Origin: Candidatus Moraniibacteriota bacterium | GTDB lineage: Bacteria > Patescibacteriota > Minisyncoccia > Moranbacterales > UBA1568 | Direction of reading: 5' to 3' | Assembly (NCBI GenBank): GCA_041910335.1 | Contig: JAYRRF010000012.1 | Coordinates: 3,728 to 67,727 of the forward strand | DNA length: 64,000 bases | Notes under the pieces: model-generated | The model's input: the letters and a program-made list of their open reading frames with translations, nothing else | Database searches by the model: none | Told to the model about the DNA's origin: nothing | Program-made: the position numbers and the translations under genes | Shown: positions 59,824 through 64,000 of the stretch, piece after piece | Position numbering within the stretch: position 1 is the stretch's first letter | Layout: each line of letters starts with the position of its first letter

Positions 59824-60591
59824 ATGAATCTTTTTGTCAAAAGTGAAAATGAAATAGAAAGTCTAAGAGCCTCTGCCAAGCATCTTGCGCGGATTCTTGA
59901 TGAGGTTTTGGCTATGGCTAAGCCCGGGGTGAGTACGTGGGAGCTTGATCAAGCCGCAGAGCAAAGAATGCGTGCTATCGGTGGCATCCCTATTTTCAAA
60001 GGGTACGGAGCAAGTGATAGACCTTTCCCAGCTTCTATCTGCGCATCTCTCAATGAAGAAGTCGTCCATGGTATTCCCCGCAAGGACTGTATCTTAAAAG
60101 AGGGCGATATCCTCAAAATTGATATCGGTATGCGCTACGATGGTATGGTGTCTGATATGGCCAGAAGTATTGCTATTGGTGAAGTTACCCCAGAGGCCAG
60201 GCGTCTCATGCAGGTGACAGAAGAAAGTCTTCTACGAGGCATCAAAACCATCAGACCAGGTGCGAAAGTAAGTGATTATGCAAGAGCTGTTCAGAACTAT
60301 ACAGAAGGGAACGGTTTTTCGGTGGTTCGAGACTTGGTAGGGCACAGTGTCGGACGAGAGCTTCATGAAGACCTCCAAGTACCGAACTACGTGACGCGTG
60401 ATGTACCTGATGTGACTTTGGTGGCTGGGATGACTTTGGCACTTGAGCCGATGATTAATATTGGTACATTTGAAGTAGAAATAGCCGATGATGACTGGAC
60501 GTTTATCACTGCTGATGACAAGCTTTCTGCTCATTTCGAAGATACGGTGTTGGTGACAGAGGATGGGGTGGAGATTTTGACCCGTCCCTAA
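59824..60591 (+). CDS. map: Methionine aminopeptidase type I
   Basis: Pita-bread fold metal ligands (DIGMRYDG, HSVGRELHE, EPM). Confidence 0.93.
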   Translation: MNLFVKSENEIESLRASAKHLARILDEVLAMAKPGVSTWELDQAAEQRMRAIGGIPIFKGYGASDRPFPASICASLNEEVVHGIPRKDCILKEGDILKIDIGMRYDGMVSDMARSIAIGEVTPEARRLMQVTEESLLRGIKTIRPGAKVSDYARAVQNYTEGNGFSVVRDLVGHSVGRELHEDLQVPNYVTRDVPDVTLVAGMTLALEPMINIGTFEVEIADDDWTFITADDKLSAHFEDTVLVTEDGVEILTRP

Positions 60592-60820
60592 TTTTTAGTG
60601 TTTAGAGTTTTAAACAAAATCATAAAATATCTTTTCCTTTCACCACCATACTCCTGTTTGAAAGCCATCAAACTCAGAGTCGAGAAAAGCTGCTGCCACG
60701 AGGAGTACCTCGGGTGTGCATATTTTCTAACGACTCTTTCGTATGATGTCTGGCCAAACATCCGCAAAGGTGTTCAAGAAAAAGAATTTTAAATTTTATT
60801 TTTAAAACCATTTGTAAGAA

Positions 60821-60933
60821 TTGACAGTAGTCTAGGGTTGGAGCGTCACTAGAATGCATGCGAGCCTGGACGCTTGCGGCCCGTGAACAGACATTCTGGA
60901 CGCGTAAACCCATAGAGTAGTCAATTCTGAAAC
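60821..60933. other. Structured intergenic element: long imperfect inverted repeat enclosing direct repeats (candidate ncRNA or MITE-like element)
   Basis: Arms AGAATTGAC...GGGTT (60821-60844) and AACCC...GTCAATTCT (60910-60933). Inner stem AGAATG/CATTCT. CTGGACGC direct repeat at 60867 and 60897. Hairpin GCGAGC-CTGGAC-GCTTGC. Confidence 0.35.
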
Positions 60934-60983
60934 AGGTTGAAAAAATGAAGTTTAAATGGCTATATTATCTAGATGTATTTTAT

Positions 60984-61373
60984 ATGGAGAGTAAAAACTT
61001 TTTAGCACTTGATTGGGGACGAGCCAAGGTGGGGGTGGCTTTGGCTCATGCCGAGACACGCATCGCCGTTCCCTACGGTATCTGGCCAGTAGATGAGAAT
61101 CTGTGGCCAGTCTTGGAGGAGATTGTCCGTATTGAGGAAATAGGAACAGTGATCCTTGGTGACCCAGAGCATCCAGAGGCAGACTTCGCGGAAGAGCTAT
61201 CGGAGGTAAGAAAAAAACTTCAAGGCTTAGGTGTAGAGGTAGTGATGCAGAACGAGATGTTTACTAGCAAGATGGCTCAGGCTAATAGGCTCGAGGCTGC
61301 TAAGAAGGCTATCCAGGCCTACGATGATGCTGAAGCGGCTAGAATAATACTCAGTGATTGGCTAGAGAAATAG
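60984..61373 (+). CDS. ruvX: Holliday-junction resolvase-like RuvX/YqgF
   Basis: LALDWGRAKVGVALAH RNase H-like N-terminal motif. Start at the internal ATG at 60984. Confidence 0.8.
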   Translation: MESKNFLALDWGRAKVGVALAHAETRIAVPYGIWPVDENLWPVLEEIVRIEEIGTVILGDPEHPEADFAEELSEVRKKLQGLGVEVVMQNEMFTSKMAQANRLEAAKKAIQAYDDAEAARIILSDWLEK

Positions 61374-61432
61374 CATAGAAAAGATGAGTCTGTAGAAAGT
61401 AGCAGGCTCTTTTCGTTTATGGTAAAATATAG

Positions 61433-62227
61433 GTGGAATTATACACACCAAACATTTTGTCTATGGAAAAACCATTTCTTTCTGTTATCATACCTGCTTA
61501 TAAAGAAGGGGAGCGTATTGGACGCAATCTTCTCGAGATAGACAAGTATCTCAAAGGGAAGAATTTTACTTATGAAATCCTGATCGTTGTCGATGGTTCG
61601 CCTGACAACACAGCGGAAATTTCTCGTAACTATGCTCTACAGGTGCCACATATCCAGGTGATTGAGAATCCAGAAAATCACGGAAAAGGTTATGTCGTTC
61701 GTCAGGGACTTTTGGCTGCACAGGGTGAGTATAGACTTTTCCTTGATGCTGATGGTTCTACCTCTATCACTCACTTCGATGCCTTCATGACACAGTTCGA
61801 AGCAGGGTATGATGTGGTCATTGGTTCTCGAGATATCGAAGGAGCCTTCATTCAGGTACATCAGCCAAAGCATCGTGAAATCATGGGCAACATGGGGAAT
61901 ATCTTGATCCGAGTAGTCTTGGGCTTGTGGAGTTATCCTGATACTCAGTGTGGCTTCAAGATGCTTAAGGCTGAAGCAGCAGAAGAGGTAGCGAGTCGCA
62001 TGGTAGTCGATCGTTTTGGATTCGACTTTGAGCTTATCGCTATTGCTCACAAACTTGGTTTTAAGATCAAGCAAATGCCAGTACGTTGGATGAATGAAGA
62101 AGGGTCAACAGTCAGCCTGACCGGTAAGAACGGCTTTATCCAGGTACTTATTGACCTTTTCAAAACACGTCTACGCTTCTGGGGAGGGCGTTACCGTATC
62201 GGTCAGTACAAAAAAAAGAGAAAGTAG
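61433..62227 (+). CDS. Family 2 glycosyltransferase (polyprenol-phosphate hexosyltransferase-like)
   Basis: SVIIPAYKE...VVDGSPDNT...DAD GT2 (GT-A) motifs. C-terminal amphipathic region. Confidence 0.8.
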   Translation: MELYTPNILSMEKPFLSVIIPAYKEGERIGRNLLEIDKYLKGKNFTYEILIVVDGSPDNTAEISRNYALQVPHIQVIENPENHGKGYVVRQGLLAAQGEYRLFLDADGSTSITHFDAFMTQFEAGYDVVIGSRDIEGAFIQVHQPKHREIMGNMGNILIRVVLGLWSYPDTQCGFKMLKAEAAEEVASRMVVDRFGFDFELIAIAHKLGFKIKQMPVRWMNEEGSTVSLTGKNGFIQVLIDLFKTRLRFWGGRYRIGQYKKKRK

Positions 62228-62260
62228 GATCTGGATCAAAATATTCTACAAAACAAAAAA

Positions 62261-63280
62261 ATGTCTCCTACAAAAAATACAACTGAAACACCGAAAAGCT
62301 TCTCCCAGCTTCGCCAGGATTTGATCACCGGCGACTGGGTAGTGATTGCGACTGGACGAGCCAAGCGACCAGATGATTTCGTCGTGCCTCGAGCCGAATC
62401 AACGAGTCATGATGATCCGTTTGAGGACCCAGAAGCAAGCGGTCAGGAGCCAGACACGCTCATCTACCGACAGAGTGATGGTGACTGGAGCTTGCGGGTT
62501 TTCCCAAACAAGTACCCAGCCTTCATGAGCGGTAAGTCACCAAAGACTCATCAAGAAGGGCCATACACACTCCAAGCAGGAGTAGGTTACCATGAAGTGG
62601 TAGTGACGAGGGATGCCAAGCGCTCTATTGCTGAGATGGAAGTGTGGCAGGTAGCAGAACTTATCGATGCCTATCAGGACCGCTACCTTGCTTTGATGAG
62701 TAAGAAAAGCGTCAACTATATTCAGATTTTTCATAATCATGGCAAAGAAGCAGGAGCATCAGTCACTCACCCTCATTCACAGATAATGGCTATTCCTGTT
62801 ATTTCTCCAGAACTCACCAATGACCTTGAGGGAGCTCGTCGTTATCGGCAGGCTCACCGAGTGAATGTGTTTGAAGTGATGGTGGAATACGAACGAGAAG
62901 AGGGTAAGCGTATGGTATTTGAGAATGAGCATTTCGTAGTCTTTTGTCCCTTTGCTTCACGAAGCTCATTTGAGATGTGGGTAGTACCAAAAAAACAGTG
63001 CCCATACTTCGAAAGAATTACCGATGAAGAAAAATACGCCTGCGGAGAAGCCCTTCATATGGCTTTGAAGAGCCTTTTTGTTGGTCTCAAAGATCCTGCT
63101 TTCAACTTCTACATCCACACCGCTCCGTGTGATGGCCAGGACTATAGTCACTATCGTTGGCATATCGAGATAGTGCCTCGGATTGCTATCTGGGCAGGTT
63201 TTGAACTCTCGACTGGTATAGAGGTCTCCACCATTGAACCAGAAACCGCTGCCCCTTTTCTCCGTTCTCAGATTGCATGA
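62261..63280 (+). CDS. galT: Galactose-1-phosphate uridylyltransferase family (HIT superfamily)
   Basis: GDWVVIATGRAKRP N-terminal motif and HPHSQ nucleotidyl-His motif. Confidence 0.75.
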   Translation: MSPTKNTTETPKSFSQLRQDLITGDWVVIATGRAKRPDDFVVPRAESTSHDDPFEDPEASGQEPDTLIYRQSDGDWSLRVFPNKYPAFMSGKSPKTHQEGPYTLQAGVGYHEVVVTRDAKRSIAEMEVWQVAELIDAYQDRYLALMSKKSVNYIQIFHNHGKEAGASVTHPHSQIMAIPVISPELTNDLEGARRYRQAHRVNVFEVMVEYEREEGKRMVFENEHFVVFCPFASRSSFEMWVVPKKQCPYFERITDEEKYACGEALHMALKSLFVGLKDPAFNFYIHTAPCDGQDYSHYRWHIEIVPRIAIWAGFELSTGIEVSTIEPETAAPFLRSQIA

Positions 63281-63283
63281 AGT

Positions 63284-64000
63284 ATGTCTCAACCATTTCT
63301 CATTATTGCTAACCTCAAGATGAATCTCATGTCTCGCGCTGAAGTGCACCAGTATCTTCAGGTGCTGACGCGTGAAGTAGCTGCAAAGAATAAGACCTTT
63401 TCTGAGGTTATTATGTGTCCGCCAATGCTGTACCAGAATGAGTTTGCACATTTGCCAGAACATTTTGCTCGGGGAGCTCAGAATATGTTTTGGGAAAAGA
63501 GCGGTTCATACACCGGAGAAATTTCGCCAGTGATGCTCAAAAATGACGGTATCGAATATGTTCTCATCGGTCACAGTGAGCGCAGACTGTATGGTGGAGA
63601 AGATAATGAGATCGTACGCATGAAAACGCAAAGTGCCTTGAAGAACCTGCTCATACCCATTGTATGCATAGGAGAAACAGAAGAAGAAAAAAAGAAAGGA
63701 AAAACCATTGAAGTTTTACGTGACCAGCTTGCCAGTATTTTCACAGGTCTTTCTAAGCTACAAGCTGAAAAAATAATCCTTGCTTATGAACCCCGCTGGG
63801 CTATTGGTAGCGATCGCATCCCAGAGACGAGTGAAATAATGGAAGTGAGAGTCATGATCAAAGCTTTTCTTGAAGAAATGTTTGACGAGAGTACAGCCTC
63901 CCGTATTCGAGTGTTGTACGGAGGATCGGTTAAAAGCGCTTATCTTGGATCGGTATCATGGGAGGCTTTGATGGATGGCGTGCTTGTCGGAAGAGAGAGT
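63284..64000 (+). CDS. tpiA: Triosephosphate isomerase (partial; runs off the window end)
   Basis: LIIANLKMNL and GHSERR motifs. Confidence 0.85.
   Translation, partial: MSQPFLIIANLKMNLMSRAEVHQYLQVLTREVAAKNKTFSEVIMCPPMLYQNEFAHLPEHFARGAQNMFWEKSGSYTGEISPVMLKNDGIEYVLIGHSERRLYGGEDNEIVRMKTQSALKNLLIPIVCIGETEEEKKKGKTIEVLRDQLASIFTGLSKLQAEKIILAYEPRWAIGSDRIPETSEIMEVRVMIKAFLEEMFDESTASRIRVLYGGSVKSAYLGSVSWEALMDGVLVGRES

Noticed and set aside
60674-60913. 79-aa minus-strand ORF in the map-ruvX spacer
   Set aside because: It overlaps the inverted-repeat structured element, has no RBS, and has a Cys/His-rich odd composition. More likely the element is non-coding.

Overview
This 64 kb window is a dense block of housekeeping genes from a small-genome bacterium, about 48% GC. 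I infer a Patescibacteria/CPR-like lineage from two things: there is no L30 gene between rpsE and rplO, and ribosomal protein S14 is the zinc-binding type-Z form. The window contains thrS, rpoB-rpoC, ftsK, recA, rpsF-ssb-rpsR, efp, gyrB, rplY, pth, lepB, hisS, rpsU-yqeY-ybeY-dgkA, ftsA-ftsZ, nrdR, a split comEC, ndk, tRNA-Pro, rpmB, rpsL-rpsG-fusA, tuf, and a contiguous S10-spc cluster (rpsJ to rplO) followed by secY, adk, map, ruvX, a GT2 glycosyltransferase, galT and the start of tpiA.

I found no CRISPR array, rRNA or obvious mobile element. The things that stand out are:
- a repeated hairpin / T-tract / TGcTATACT cassette in which a terminator is fused to an extended -10 promoter, twice giving near-leaderless genes;
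- two candidate structured non-coding elements, at about 28.54-28.70 kb and 60.82-60.93 kb;
- an ORF at 33.35-33.82 kb with much lower GC than its surroundings;
- a ComEC encoded as two overlapping out-of-frame ORFs;
- a CTACAAC heptanucleotide tandem repeat at a gene junction;
- a 190-nt structured spacer inside the S10 operon between rpsJ and rplC;
- a small self-contained transcription unit inserted between fusA and tuf;
- a three-gene cluster of unknown function at the 5' end of the window (kinase-like protein, Cys/Trp-rich exported protein, RNHCP zinc ribbon).

Functions for the hypothetical proteins are inferences from motifs I could read directly, with no database search.
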